This document shows positions 39,257 through 50,000 of a stretch of DNA of 64,000 nucleotides, in pieces. The notes beneath the pieces were generated by a model that did not search any database, was not told where the DNA came from, and saw nothing but the letters and a program-made list of their open reading frames with translations. A program made the translations under genes and the position numbers. This DNA is from Cyanobacteria bacterium J06626_4. Lineage in GTDB: Bacteria; Cyanobacteriota; Cyanobacteriia; Phormidesmidales; Phormidesmidaceae. The DNA lies in NCBI GenBank assembly GCA_038523235.1, contig JBCBJQ010000010.1, forward strand, positions 1-64,000, given 5' to 3'. The first letter of the stretch is position 1, and each line of letters begins with the position of its first letter.

Positions 39257-40966
39257 ATGAGCTACCGCATGGATCGCCGCGCCTATGCTGAGACTTACGG
39301 GCCGACCGTGGGCGATCGCGTGCGACTGGCCGATACCGAACTCATCATTGAAGTAGAGCAAGACTTCACGACCTATGGCGATGAGGTGAAATTTGGCGGG
39401 GGTAAGGTCATCCGTGACGGCATGGGGCAATCGCCCATCTCGCGGGAAGACGGCGCGGTGGATACCGTCATCACCAACGCCCTGATTTTGGATTGGTGGG
39501 GCATCGTCAAAGCCGATATCGGCATTAAAGAGGGCCGCATCACCAAAATCGGCAAAGCGGGCAATCCCTACATTCAAGACAATGTGGACATTATTGTCGG
39601 GCCGAGTACCGAAGCGATCGCGGGGGAGGGTCAGATCCTCACAGCAGGCGGCATTGATGCTCACATTCACTTCATTTGCCCGCAGCAGATTGAAACTGCG
39701 ATCGCCTCCGGTATCACGACCATGATTGGCGGCGGCACCGGCCCTGCTACGGGCACGAACGCCACGACCTGCACCCCCGGCCCCTGGCACATCTGGCGCA
39801 TGTATCAGGCGATCGACGCCTTTCCCCTCAACTTTGGCTTTATGGGCAAGGGCAATAGTGCGCTGCAGCCGGGACTGCGGGAGCAAGTCGAAGCCGGGGC
39901 CGTGGGCCTAAAGCTGCACGAAGACTGGGGGACGACGCCAGCGGCAATTGACACCTGCCTCAGCGTGGCCGAAGACTATGATGTGCAGGTCGCCATCCAC
40001 ACCGACACCCTGAACGAATCGGGCTTTGTCGAAGACACCATCGCCGCCTTCAAGGGCCGGACGATTCACACTTATCACACCGAAGGGGCCGGCGGCGGCC
40101 ACGCGCCAGACATCATCAAAGTATGTGGCGAGAGCAACGTGTTGCCCTCCTCCACTAACCCGACCCGCCCTTACACCACCAACACCCTCGAAGAACACCT
40201 CGACATGCTGATGGTGTGTCACCACCTCAGCCGCAGCATTCCCGAAGACGTGGCCTTTGCCGAATCTCGCATTCGCCGCGAAACCATCGCCGCTGAGGAT
40301 ATCCTCCACGATCTGGGTGCCTTCAGTATGATCTCGTCCGACTCTCAGGCGATGGGCCGGGTCGGCGAGGTAATTACCCGCACCTGGCAAACCGCTCACA
40401 AAATGAAGGTGCAGCGCGGGGCGTTATCAGAGGATAGCGATCGCCATGACAACCACCGGGCAAAACGGTATATCGCGAAGTACACCATTAACGCGGCTAT
40501 TACCCACGGTGTTTCTCACATCATTGGTTCCGTCGAAGAGGGCAAACTGGCCGATCTATGCCTGTGGAAACCGGCTTTCTTTGGAGTGAAGCCCGAAATT
40601 GTAATTAAAGGGGGCGCGATCGCCTGGGCACAAATGGGCGACCCCAATGCCAGCATCCCCACCCCCCAGCCGGTCCATATGCGACCCATGTTCGGCAGTT
40701 ATGGCGGGGCGATCGCCGCCACTAACGTCAGCTTTATGTCCAAAGCCGCCGTGGATGCCGGTATCGCAGCCCAAATTGGCCTGCAAAAACCACCCGAGGC
40801 AGTTCACACCATCCGCAGCCTTAACAAGGCTGATATGAAGCTCAACACTTATCAGCCCCACATGGAGGTCAACCCCGAAACCTACGAAGTCCGCGCCGAT
40901 GGTGAATTGCTGACCTGCGAACCGGCTGACGTGTTACCGATGGCCCAACGCTACTTCCTGTTCTAA
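39257..40966 (+). CDS. ureC: Urease subunit alpha
   Basis: [65 protein letters not shown]. Confidence 0.99.
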   Translation: MSYRMDRRAYAETYGPTVGDRVRLADTELIIEVEQDFTTYGDEVKFGGGKVIRDGMGQSPISREDGAVDTVITNALILDWWGIVKADIGIKEGRITKIGKAGNPYIQDNVDIIVGPSTEAIAGEGQILTAGGIDAHIHFICPQQIETAIASGITTMIGGGTGPATGTNATTCTPGPWHIWRMYQAIDAFPLNFGFMGKGNSALQPGLREQVEAGAVGLKLHEDWGTTPAAIDTCLSVAEDYDVQVAIHTDTLNESGFVEDTIAAFKGRTIHTYHTEGAGGGHAPDIIKVCGESNVLPSSTNPTRPYTTNTLEEHLDMLMVCHHLSRSIPEDVAFAESRIRRETIAAEDILHDLGAFSMISSDSQAMGRVGEVITRTWQTAHKMKVQRGALSEDSDRHDNHRAKRYIAKYTINAAITHGVSHIIGSVEEGKLADLCLWKPAFFGVKPEIVIKGGAIAWAQMGDPNASIPTPQPVHMRPMFGSYGGAIAATNVSFMSKAAVDAGIAAQIGLQKPPEAVHTIRSLNKADMKLNTYQPHMEVNPETYEVRADGELLTCEPADVLPMAQRYFLF

Positions 40967-41089
40967 CGCCGACCTGACCAATCCAGATTTTGCCATAGCA
41001 ACCCTGCCACCTTTGAGGGCTGAAACTCATAATTGCGGTGTTGATTTCTTATAGGAACGCATCTACGTGTTCCTTAGTTCAGTCTCTGC

Positions 41090-41659
41090 ATGATGGTTTA
41101 CGCACTTCGGTTTTGGTCATCGACAAAGTTTATTGGTCGAAAGATTGGGCTGGCCCTGTCAGGTGGGCTACTGGTCGCCCTCAACTACAGTTGTATGGGC
41201 TCGGTACCCAGATCCTTCTCCGTACTTGGCGGTTCTATGGAGCCAACTCTCCAAATCGACGATAGCCTTTTGATTTCGCCAGATGTTTATAGAAATGCGG
41301 ATCCCCAGCGAGGCGATATCGTGACGTTTACGCCGCCGCCCCCCGCACTCGGGGGAGATCCGAGCAACGACGATCCTTGGATATTTCGCGTTATCGGCCT
41401 GCCAGGCGAGACCTTTGAAGTCCGTGATGGTCAGACTTTGATCAATGAAGTACCGCTGCCCGAGCCTTACATTAGCGAGCCGCCGGCATATACATTCGAG
41501 CCAGTGACGATTCCCGAAGATGCCTACATGATTTTGGGAGACAATCGCAACAATGCTTTTGACAGTACTCATTGGGGGTTTCTCCCTGAAGAAAACATTA
41601 TTGGCAGGGTGGCATTCATTTATTGGCCAGCGGGTCGATTTGGGTCAGTCTATGACTGA
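41090..41659 (+). CDS. Signal peptidase I-like protein (catalytic Lys position is Phe)
   Basis: GSMEPTL, RGDIV.F, WIFRVIGLPGE, GDNRNNAFDS..WGF. Confidence 0.8.
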   Translation: MMVYALRFWSSTKFIGRKIGLALSGGLLVALNYSCMGSVPRSFSVLGGSMEPTLQIDDSLLISPDVYRNADPQRGDIVTFTPPPPALGGDPSNDDPWIFRVIGLPGETFEVRDGQTLINEVPLPEPYISEPPAYTFEPVTIPEDAYMILGDNRNNAFDSTHWGFLPEENIIGRVAFIYWPAGRFGSVYD

Positions 41660-41734
41660 TGCCACAGCGACACTAGGCAGCTTGATAAAGTCCATAGATA
41701 GTCATGCCTGCAGAGAACACTGGCTCGAACTTCA
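41632..41734 (+). repeat. Direct repeat (lepB-like 3' end plus tail); second copy at about 42673-42775
   Basis: gggtcgatttgggtcagt.tatgactgat.ccacagcgacactaggcagcttgataaagtcc...ctggctcga.cttca present twice. Confidence 0.85.
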
Positions 41735-41969
41735 GGTTTATGTCCCAAGCTGCCGTGGATGCGGGTATCGCCGCACAAATTGGCCTACAAAAACCGCTAG
41801 AAGCCGTTCACACCATCCGCAGCCTCAGCAAAGCCGACACGAAGCTCAACACCTATCAGCCCCACATGGAGGTCAAACCCGAAACCTACGAAGTGCGCGC
41901 TGATGGCGAACTCCTCACCTGCGAACCGGCTGACGTGTTGCGATGACCCAGCGCCACTTCCTATTCTAG
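41732..41969 (+). pseudogene. ureC: Duplicated 3' end of ureC (copy of 40728..40966, one frameshift)
   Basis: [20 protein letters not shown]...[18 protein letters not shown] then a 1-nt deletion; many third-position differences from the intact gene. Confidence 0.92.
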
Positions 41970-42130
41970 AAGCGCTCAGTCTTTGGGAGGAGTACCGAGT
42001 CGCCTGCCGGACAGGGGCGATCGCGTTCCTCATGACCATTTAAGCGATGTCAACTTGCTTTAATGGGGAAGGGCGATCATCGGGAGTCTTTTCGAGTCGC
42101 AGCGCTGCCTTTAAAAAATCGGTACCCACA

Positions 42131-42700
42131 ATGTTTGAACCGTTTAGCCTTAGGCGATCGCCAAAACCAACCTGGAAATATCGGCTGAGCTTTCTACTGA
42201 GTTGGACGTTGGCGCTGAACTACGGCTGCGTGGGACAGATGCCAAAAGCTCTTTCCATAGCTTCGGGATCAATGGAACCGACCCTGGAAGTAAAAGACAG
42301 GATTTATATGACGCCTGCCACTTACAACGATCGCTCTCCTCAACGCGGTGACATTGTCACGTTCACGCCACCGCCGGCAATGGCTGAGATTAACCCTGTG
42401 TGGAGCGACGACATCATTATCCTATCTCGTGTAGTTGGTCTGCCGGGTGAGACGTTCGAGGTGCGTGAGGGACAGACGTTGATCAATCAGGTGCCGCTAC
42501 AGGAGCCCTACGTCAAAGCACCCGCAGCCTACACCCTTGAACCCGTTGTAATTCCCGAAGATGCCTACGTCGTACTCGGCGACAACCGCAACAACGCTTT
42601 TGACAGCATAGCCTGGGGATTTCTCCCAGAAAAGAACATCACTGGCAAGGTGCAGATCATTTACTGGCCGCCGGGTCGATTTGGGTCAGTTTATGACTGA
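42131..42700 (+). CDS. Signal peptidase I-like protein, paralog 2 (catalytic Lys position is Ser)
   Basis: SGSMEPTL, RGDIV.F, ILSRVVGLPGE, GDNRNNAFDS..WGF; ATG 42131 preferred. Confidence 0.8.
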   Translation: MFEPFSLRRSPKPTWKYRLSFLLSWTLALNYGCVGQMPKALSIASGSMEPTLEVKDRIYMTPATYNDRSPQRGDIVTFTPPPAMAEINPVWSDDIIILSRVVGLPGETFEVREGQTLINQVPLQEPYVKAPAAYTLEPVVIPEDAYVVLGDNRNNAFDSIAWGFLPEKNITGKVQIIYWPPGRFGSVYD

Positions 42701-43521
42701 TACCACAGCGACACTAGGCAGCTTGATAAAGTCCATAGATAGTCATGCCTGCAGAGAACACTGGCTCGAGCTTCAAATTTGTGGAATGGCGATCGCCAGC
42801 CAATTGTGCATTTTCTCTCGTTGATTGCCGACTAGAGTCGCATCCTCTAATGAAGAGTTTTTGACATTGCCTCCCTCTCAACTAACGATTAGAGGTGAGT
42901 TACAAATCCCAGAGCTGTCTGAAAACTCATCATGGTTAAAGGAAGCGAGCTAGCTGAGAGCTGGGGGTTGATACAAAGACTCCGTCAGCGTTTAGCTCAA
43001 TCAGCTCTCAACCGGTCGTAGGAGAAATCTCGGATCTCTGAACAGCCAACCTATGCGGTTTTTGCGTATCTTCTTAGGCCTTTAATTTCTTGCCCACGTA
43101 GATTTATCATTGTCACGCTTATCGGCCATTGCCATATTAAGTTCAGGCACCTACCAAGAATTCTTTTCAAACAAAGTGTATTTCTGAAGATTCAAAGTGT
43201 GAGAAATGCACGATTTTTCACTTTTGAGTCAAGCAATAGCATTTTTACAGCCAGCGAGAGACAAAATCCTCCTTGACTTTGGACTAAGCCAAAGGGGTAT
43301 TTCTCGTGAGCCAAGCAATGTTAATTGCTGATTCAGAGGGCACTTGATTTATGGGAGCACCGTAATTAATAAAGGCAAGAAAACTTTTCATCTTGGGTGG
43401 CAAGGCACTTCATCATCTACCTCAGTGCTAGCCCTTGATAAAGAGAGTCTTATGAATAACAGGGTATTTCAATTCTGAAACTGTCATTCATCAGAACTGC
43501 TGAATAAGCAGGCCATCAGTC

Positions 43522-44607
43522 ATGCAAAATAATACATTCATTTTAGAAGTCATTAACCTGACGAATAATTTTCGAATTCAGAATGGGTTGTCTCCTCTCT
43601 CGGTTGACACTGATTTGACGGAGGCGGCTCAATACCATTCTCAGAATATGGCCACTGCCGATTTTTTTGATCATCGCGATCCCGCGAACCAAAACCCTCG
43701 CGATCGCGCTATTCGGTTTGGCTATGAATCTAGAAGCGTTGGTGAAAATATTGCCGCTGGGCAGTTAACGCCACAAGCAGTTTTCAATGCTTGGCTCAAC
43801 AGTCCGGGACACCGGCGCAACATGTTGAATGCCAACTGGAATGAGATTGGAGTCGGTTATTATTATCAGCAAAATGATACCGGATCCGTAAATTATCGAG
43901 CTTATTGGACTCAAGTTTTCGGCAAAGGCGACATCGAAAATCCTGGTGCCACACCAACACCTACCGCATCCGTGCCTACTTTACCAGCAGGATTTGACCC
44001 GCTGCAGTATGGGGCTTCTTACAGTGATTTGATTGAGGCCTACGGCAATAATGCGGCAGCGCTTCAGGCTCATTACCTGACTCAAGGTCAATACGAGGGG
44101 CGATCGCCTAATCGGTTCAATGCAGCTCAGTATTTGGCTGCTTACGATGACCTGACCAATGCTTTTGGTAATGATTGGCAAGCTGCCATTGCACATTATA
44201 TTGAGGTTGGCTACTGGGAAGGCCGATCAACAGAAGGGGGAATGTTCGATCCGGCTCAATATCTGGCATCCCATGACGATTTGATTAATGCCTTTGGCTA
44301 TAATCTGGCTGCTGCAAGACAGCATTATCAACAACATGGACGGAGTGAAAACCGCCAGCAAGACCTCTTTGATGAAGGTCGATATTTGGCTTCACACGCT
44401 GATTTAATCCAGGCATTTGACTATAACTTAGCGGCCGCAACTCAGCATTATATTTCGCATGGCAGCCGAGAGGGACGCAGTGATGATAATTTTGACCCAG
44501 CGGCTTACTTGAATAACTACGCTGATTTGCAAGCAGCATTGGGTTCAGACTTAGCTGCTGCGACTCAACATTATGTTCAGTTTGGCTTTGCGGAAGGACG
44601 GACTTAG
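43522..44607 (+). CDS. CAP/SCP domain protein with C-terminal FDP..YL..Y.DL repeats
   Basis: L.N.FR..NGL.PL, HS..MA..DFF.H, GENIA.G, WLNSPGHR.N.L, YWTQVFG; about five repeats each ending H(Y)...G..E(G/N)R. Confidence 0.88.
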   Translation: MQNNTFILEVINLTNNFRIQNGLSPLSVDTDLTEAAQYHSQNMATADFFDHRDPANQNPRDRAIRFGYESRSVGENIAAGQLTPQAVFNAWLNSPGHRRNMLNANWNEIGVGYYYQQNDTGSVNYRAYWTQVFGKGDIENPGATPTPTASVPTLPAGFDPLQYGASYSDLIEAYGNNAAALQAHYLTQGQYEGRSPNRFNAAQYLAAYDDLTNAFGNDWQAAIAHYIEVGYWEGRSTEGGMFDPAQYLASHDDLINAFGYNLAAARQHYQQHGRSENRQQDLFDEGRYLASHADLIQAFDYNLAAATQHYISHGSREGRSDDNFDPAAYLNNYADLQAALGSDLAAATQHYVQFGFAEGRT

Positions 44608-44925
44608 ACATAGTCACAATCTCAGGGCTAAGGACAAAAGTTGTAGCCTCTGATTGAATTGGCGCGCGGCAAAAGGCAGCATGACTCAATCAAAAGCTAA
44701 TGCCAATAGCGCGGCCAGCTTTAGGGAGTGGCTCCAAAATAGCGCCCCGATCGCCGGGGTTTGGCAGTGCCAAACCCTTACCGAAAAGGGTTATGTCCTG
44801 GAAAGGTTATTTAAGCGCAGAGCCCTGAGCTTGATCTCTCAGACGGAAATCGATTTGGCTCAGTTAATGACTGATGTCGTAGCCACACCGGGAAGATTGA
44901 GAAAGGCTGATGAGAGGGACGGCTC

Positions 44926-46929
44926 ATGCAGGGATGGTGGCGCTGGCTGAAATTTTGGGGGCTGGCGATCGCGGCAGCAATGCTCCTAGCAATAGTGGCT
45001 CATCCGGTGGCAGCGACACCACCCCCCCAGGCCAGCATTGAGCAACTCGCTCAGAGCACCCTTGAGGTACTGGTACAGCAGGGCAATCGGCAGTTCGATG
45101 CGCGCAACTATGCCGGGGCAGAGCAGAGCTATCGCGAGGTATTAGAGCAGTTACCGCAGCACAACTCGGTGGTGGAATATCGGTCTCTCGTGACGAATAA
45201 TCTCGCTCGCACCTATTTGCTGACCGGCCAGTACGAGCCCGTCGTGCCGCTGCTAGAAGCGCTCGATGCCAATGGACAGGCCGCCCCTAACGCGCTGAGC
45301 AACTTGGCGCTAGCCTACTATTCACTGGGCAATTATGCTCGGGCCGAGCAAATTTTGACCCGCGTGCTTACCAAGTGGGAGGCGATTCGCGCCGGCGACG
45401 ACTTGGACGCGTTAGACAAAGTCACCCTCTTCGAGCAGCAGGCGTATAGCTACACACTGATGCAGCGATCGCTCGTTGCCCAGGGCAAAACCACTGCAGC
45501 CCTAGAAATTTCTGAGCGGGCGAAAGCCAGAGCCCTGGTGGAACAGCTCGTACAGCAGCAGCGGGAAAGTCCACTGCCCGCCCCGCTCACCGCAGCCCAA
45601 ATACAGGCGGTCGCACGACAGCAAAACACCACACTGGTGATCTATTCCGCTCTGGGGGACGGACGCCGCGTATTGGGCAACGAAGTTGAAACTGAAACCG
45701 ACCTCTACACCTGGGTGATTGCGCCCCAGGGGGATATTCAATTTCGCCAAACGCCATTTAGAGGCGTTTGGCAGGGCATCGGTTTCCGCAGTGCTCGTGG
45801 CAACACTCTGTCGCCTTTTGAGACACTCGTGCAGCAAACGCGAGAGGCGTTAGGCGTCACCACTCGCGGCATTGGGGTGGTGCCAACGGCTCGCCGCGTG
45901 ACCGACGATTTACCACCGACCAATCCGCTGCCGCTGCGATCGCTCGCCGAGATTCTGATTCAGCCGATTGCCTCCCTGTTGCCCAGGGACGCGAGTGATT
46001 TGGTCACCTTTATTCCCCAAGGGCCTTTATTCTTGGTGCCTTTTGCAGCCCTGCCAGTGGGGAACGACAGCTATCTAATCGATCAGCACGCGATCGCCCT
46101 ATCGCCCTCAGTGCAAGCACTATCGCTGGTGGCCGGCACGCACGACGCCACTGGCAGCAGCTTAGTCGTGGGCAATCCAGTGACGATGCCTAGTCTCGCG
46201 CCTGAACCGGGCCTGCCCCCCCAGTTGCTGCCACCCTTGCCCGGTGCAGAAGCAGAAGCGATCGCGATCGCCGATCTGCTCGGCACCGAGCCGCTCATCC
46301 GTGAACAGGCCACCGAAACCACGATCGTGCAGCAAATGCCCCAACAAAGCATCATCCATCTTGCCACCCACGGCCTACTCAACCTCGATGCGCGGCTCAA
46401 CGAATTTGGCCTGCCGACAGATCCGAATGCGCTCACCGCAACCGACAGCGATGTCTACGTCACGCCGGGAGCCGTCATCGTCGGCGATAACGTCGTGGTC
46501 GGGGAAACGGATGCCAGTGTTGCCCTTGCCCAAGAACGAGTCGTGCGGGTCAGTATGCCAGGCGTGTTGGCCTTCGCTGCATCGGCCACAGACGATGGCT
46601 GGCTCACAGCTGAAGAAATTGCGGCCCTCGACTTGCAGGCTGACCTAGTAATCCTCAGTGCCTGTGACACCGGGCGCGGCAGAATCACTGGCGATGGCGT
46701 GGTGGGTCTTGCGCGAGCATTTGTAGCGGCCGGAGCCGACACCGTCATCGTTTCTCTGTGGCAGGTTCCCGACGAGCCGACAGCGGCACTCATGGTGGCC
46801 TTTTATGAGCAGCTCGCGCAGACAGCGAATAAAGCGATCGCTCTGCAAACCGCCATGCAGCTCACTAAAAATCAGTTTCCTGATCCTCGCAACTGGTCAG
46901 CCTTCGTCCTCATGGGCGAAGGCCGCTGA
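44926..46929 (+). CDS. TPR plus CHAT (caspase-like) domain protein with signal peptide
   Basis: Signal peptide, TPR-like helices, SERAKAR, PFAAL, LPGAEAEA, HLATHG, LSACDTG, SLWQV.D and P..WSAF motifs. Confidence 0.88.
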   Translation: MQGWWRWLKFWGLAIAAAMLLAIVAHPVAATPPPQASIEQLAQSTLEVLVQQGNRQFDARNYAGAEQSYREVLEQLPQHNSVVEYRSLVTNNLARTYLLTGQYEPVVPLLEALDANGQAAPNALSNLALAYYSLGNYARAEQILTRVLTKWEAIRAGDDLDALDKVTLFEQQAYSYTLMQRSLVAQGKTTAALEISERAKARALVEQLVQQQRESPLPAPLTAAQIQAVARQQNTTLVIYSALGDGRRVLGNEVETETDLYTWVIAPQGDIQFRQTPFRGVWQGIGFRSARGNTLSPFETLVQQTREALGVTTRGIGVVPTARRVTDDLPPTNPLPLRSLAEILIQPIASLLPRDASDLVTFIPQGPLFLVPFAALPVGNDSYLIDQHAIALSPSVQALSLVAGTHDATGSSLVVGNPVTMPSLAPEPGLPPQLLPPLPGAEAEAIAIADLLGTEPLIREQATETTIVQQMPQQSIIHLATHGLLNLDARLNEFGLPTDPNALTATDSDVYVTPGAVIVGDNVVVGETDASVALAQERVVRVSMPGVLAFAASATDDGWLTAEEIAALDLQADLVILSACDTGRGRITGDGVVGLARAFVAAGADTVIVSLWQVPDEPTAALMVAFYEQLAQTANKAIALQTAMQLTKNQFPDPRNWSAFVLMGEGR

Positions 46930-47013
46930 GGATCGGACATTAAGTAGAATTGATAGAACCCTTGTTCCTAAGGTCAAAGCTGACAGGTCAAACACCGACG
47001 ATGGGCAGTCACA

Positions 47014-50000
47014 TCAGGCCACGTCAGCGGTGTTGTCATCAACCGCTTCGGCTTCCGCCAGTTCGACGAGAAACTGCAGGGCTTTAGCCGTGTAGAGGGC
47101 ACAAGTTTTGGGCGATCGCCCATAAAATGCCGACCAAGCTGCCCCTTTTTGCGCTTCGTACTGGCCGAGGCGATCATCGCGACCCTCGACCCAGGCCAGT
47201 CGCACGGCGTGTCCTGTCAGCACATCGAGCGAGATATAGTCATCGAACTGCAAATCAGGGTTGCCTTGAAAAATAGCCGCCAGCTCGCGTAGAGCTTCGA
47301 CAGTGAGATGACGGTATTCCGGCGCGTGAATTTTGGTCAGTAAGTGATCGAGTCGGCGGGCAAAGTTGGCTTCACCGGGCGTCATTTCGGAAAGCACTGA
47401 TTCGCTATCGATGCGGTTGCGGCGATCGAGTTTGTCACCAATGATCACGCCTCTACAGTGGTGCAACAGCTCCCACATTTGCTGATAAAAGGCTTCGGGC
47501 AGTCGCGTGAGTTCGCCATCAATCTGGCGCTGCCGCCACCAGTCCTCAACCTTTAGGGTCACCGCTTCGACCTGATCGGGCACGAGCCGCCACTGAATCG
47601 CCGATTTGGCTTTGATATGCAGGGATTCTTGCTTAAAGAGGGTGCGATTGAGGCCGCTGTAGCTAGCCAAGACCTGCCGCAGCAGCATCTTCACTTCGTA
47701 GGGACTCAGAGCAGTCAGGCGATCGTAGGCTTCGTCACGGGGAATGTGATGCTCGCGAGCCATTTCGCTAGTTAATAGGAGAATCAAGTAGCCCACCCGC
47801 AGCGTCAGCAAACCGTCAAAGAGGGTGGGTTCGGCTTTGATCAGCACACTCAGGTAGACCACAATCTCTTGAGTCAGGGCGCGATCGCGCTCATCTTCGC
47901 CACAGTATTGGACGATCTTATCCATGATGTCAGAGTGGGGCATCGGGTCCCGAATCAGCGACCCATCACTGTAGGCTTTGCCCACGGTGACATACTTTTG
48001 CCGCACCAGCAGTTCCGTCATCGCATCGGAGAGGTTAACGTCGATTTTGCAGAGCAGGCCAGCGGTGCGCCGCACAATCAGCCAGTGTTCATGGCGACCG
48101 GCTTTGACGTAAACCTCTTCCAGCAGATCACGCAGAGTGAGGGGGTGATCGGGCTGTCCCAGTGCCGTTTTGAACTCAAGTCCTTCCAACGCCAACAGGC
48201 GCGCCAGTAGCTCTACCTGTTCATAGAGGTTGGTCGAATATTGCAGCGTATGGATCAAGCTGGCGGTGTCGGTCTCTTGCTCAATGTTAAACAGCTGCCA
48301 AACATCGAGAGGCTGCGTGGCTTCGGGCACCCACGCCAGGTAGGCCGACACCCAGGGCATATAGCGCAGCGAATGATCGCGCAGGGCATAGACCCCAATG
48401 TCGTCGATGCGCTCGATGCCTGCCGTCAACAGCAGCTGATAGAGCGGCCCCAACACGACGGGCACCTCGCCACACTTGCCGGTTTTGAGTTCTTGAATCA
48501 GCTGTAGCAGCGGCGATTCATGAATCGGTCGCCGTCCCAGCTCAAACATTTCGTGGGTCAGCAGCAGCGTCATCGTGGGTCGCCCTAAGGCCTGCCAGTG
48601 ATAGTGAATGTAGGCCAGTTCGCTGCGAATTTGCGCCACTAAAAAGTGGTAGTCAAGGGTGATGTAAAACTTCTGCGGATCTAAAAATGAGGGCAGAAAC
48701 ACCACCGTTTCGCCCTGGATGCGAAACGCCTGCGCCGTCGTGAGGCCGCGCAGGCGCCGAATGGGTCGGCCCGTGAGCCCGAGCTTGGGGTTCCAACCAA
48801 TTTGCGCATACACGGCCGATAATTCAGCCGACGGATAGACCTTGACTGGCTCTGCCTGGGCGGCAATTTGGGTCTCAATGCCGTAGTCGGCAAGTTCTTG
48901 ACGCAGGGTTTCATTTTCAGCCAGCAGCGCGATCTGTACGGTCGATTGTCGCTGCCGCCCCACGCGTGCATGCCGTCCCAGCGGATCGATGTCGCCGGGG
49001 GTAAGCAGCCCCTCTTCTAAAAGCTGTCCGAGCAAATAGAGGCTTTGCGCCCAAATCAGCGGCACGTTGTCGTTCGGCAAGCGGCTCTGACTACCGGGGC
49101 GATCGCGTTCTGCGGCAATGCTCGCCTCGGGCACGTAATACAGCTCTGGCAGCAGAGGAAACCCGTCTTGGGCCACAGCGATCGCGTCTAACCGCTGACG
49201 ATAAAATCGCACGGCGCGCGCATCCTGGCGAAACAGCGCATCTAGATAGAGATAGGAGAAGAATAGCGGCCACTCACATTCAATATGTTCAAACTGCAGA
49301 AGTTCCTCAGGTTCATAGTGCAGGCGCGTCGTGTCTTCGATCACCGCTTGATGACCATCGCGCAAAAAGCGTTTGCAGCCGTAGCGACCCTGCAGCTTAT
49401 CGACGATTTTTTCGCGTGTTTGACGCACCAAATCAGCACTTTCGATCGCAAAGGCCGGATAGCTGATAATGCTGAGCACCGCTGCATCCACCTCTTTCGA
49501 TCCTGACTCGCGGGGCAGCAAAGATTCCAGCGTGAGGCGCGCGCGCGAAATTTCATCCGGCAACACGTGAATCACCGAGGCCTGACCGCCCTGAATGCCA
49601 AATAAGTTAAGCCCATCCATGGCCTCTAACGCCGCCTTGGCCATACCGACAGAGCTAGCGTTCAGTTCGGGCTTGCCGTGGTTCAGCTTGTTGCCCCGCT
49701 CCCAAATGCCATAGTCTGGCGTGCGATAGGCGCGGCCCACGTAATACACCAGATTTTGAATGAAGCTCACCTCGTCGAGGGTAAAGACGATGGAGAGCCC
49801 CGAAGCGGTCATTTGCGCCAGCATCAGCAAAAAGACTGAGGTGGCGTCAATCTGCAAATGGCCCCACTCATTGTCTTCGACGACGGTGCTGCCGGTGGCC
49901 GTGTCATATTTAGCGTGCAGCGCTGCTAGCGGCTCTTGGGCCGCTTTGAACCGTTCGACTTTGTCGGCCTGCTGCATCATGGCAAAGAGCAGACCCCGCA

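Noticed and set aside
39080..39886. 268-aa minus-strand ORF
   Set aside because: Antisense shadow of ureC, expected from GC-rich codon bias; the same applies to long antisense ORFs over murA, argD, gltB and gltD
41704..41946. 80-aa ORF as an independent gene
   Set aside because: It is the duplicated ureC 3' fragment read from a chance upstream ATG
42900..43050. Possible MITE in the AT-rich region before the CAP gene
   Set aside because: Terminal inverted repeat too weak to support
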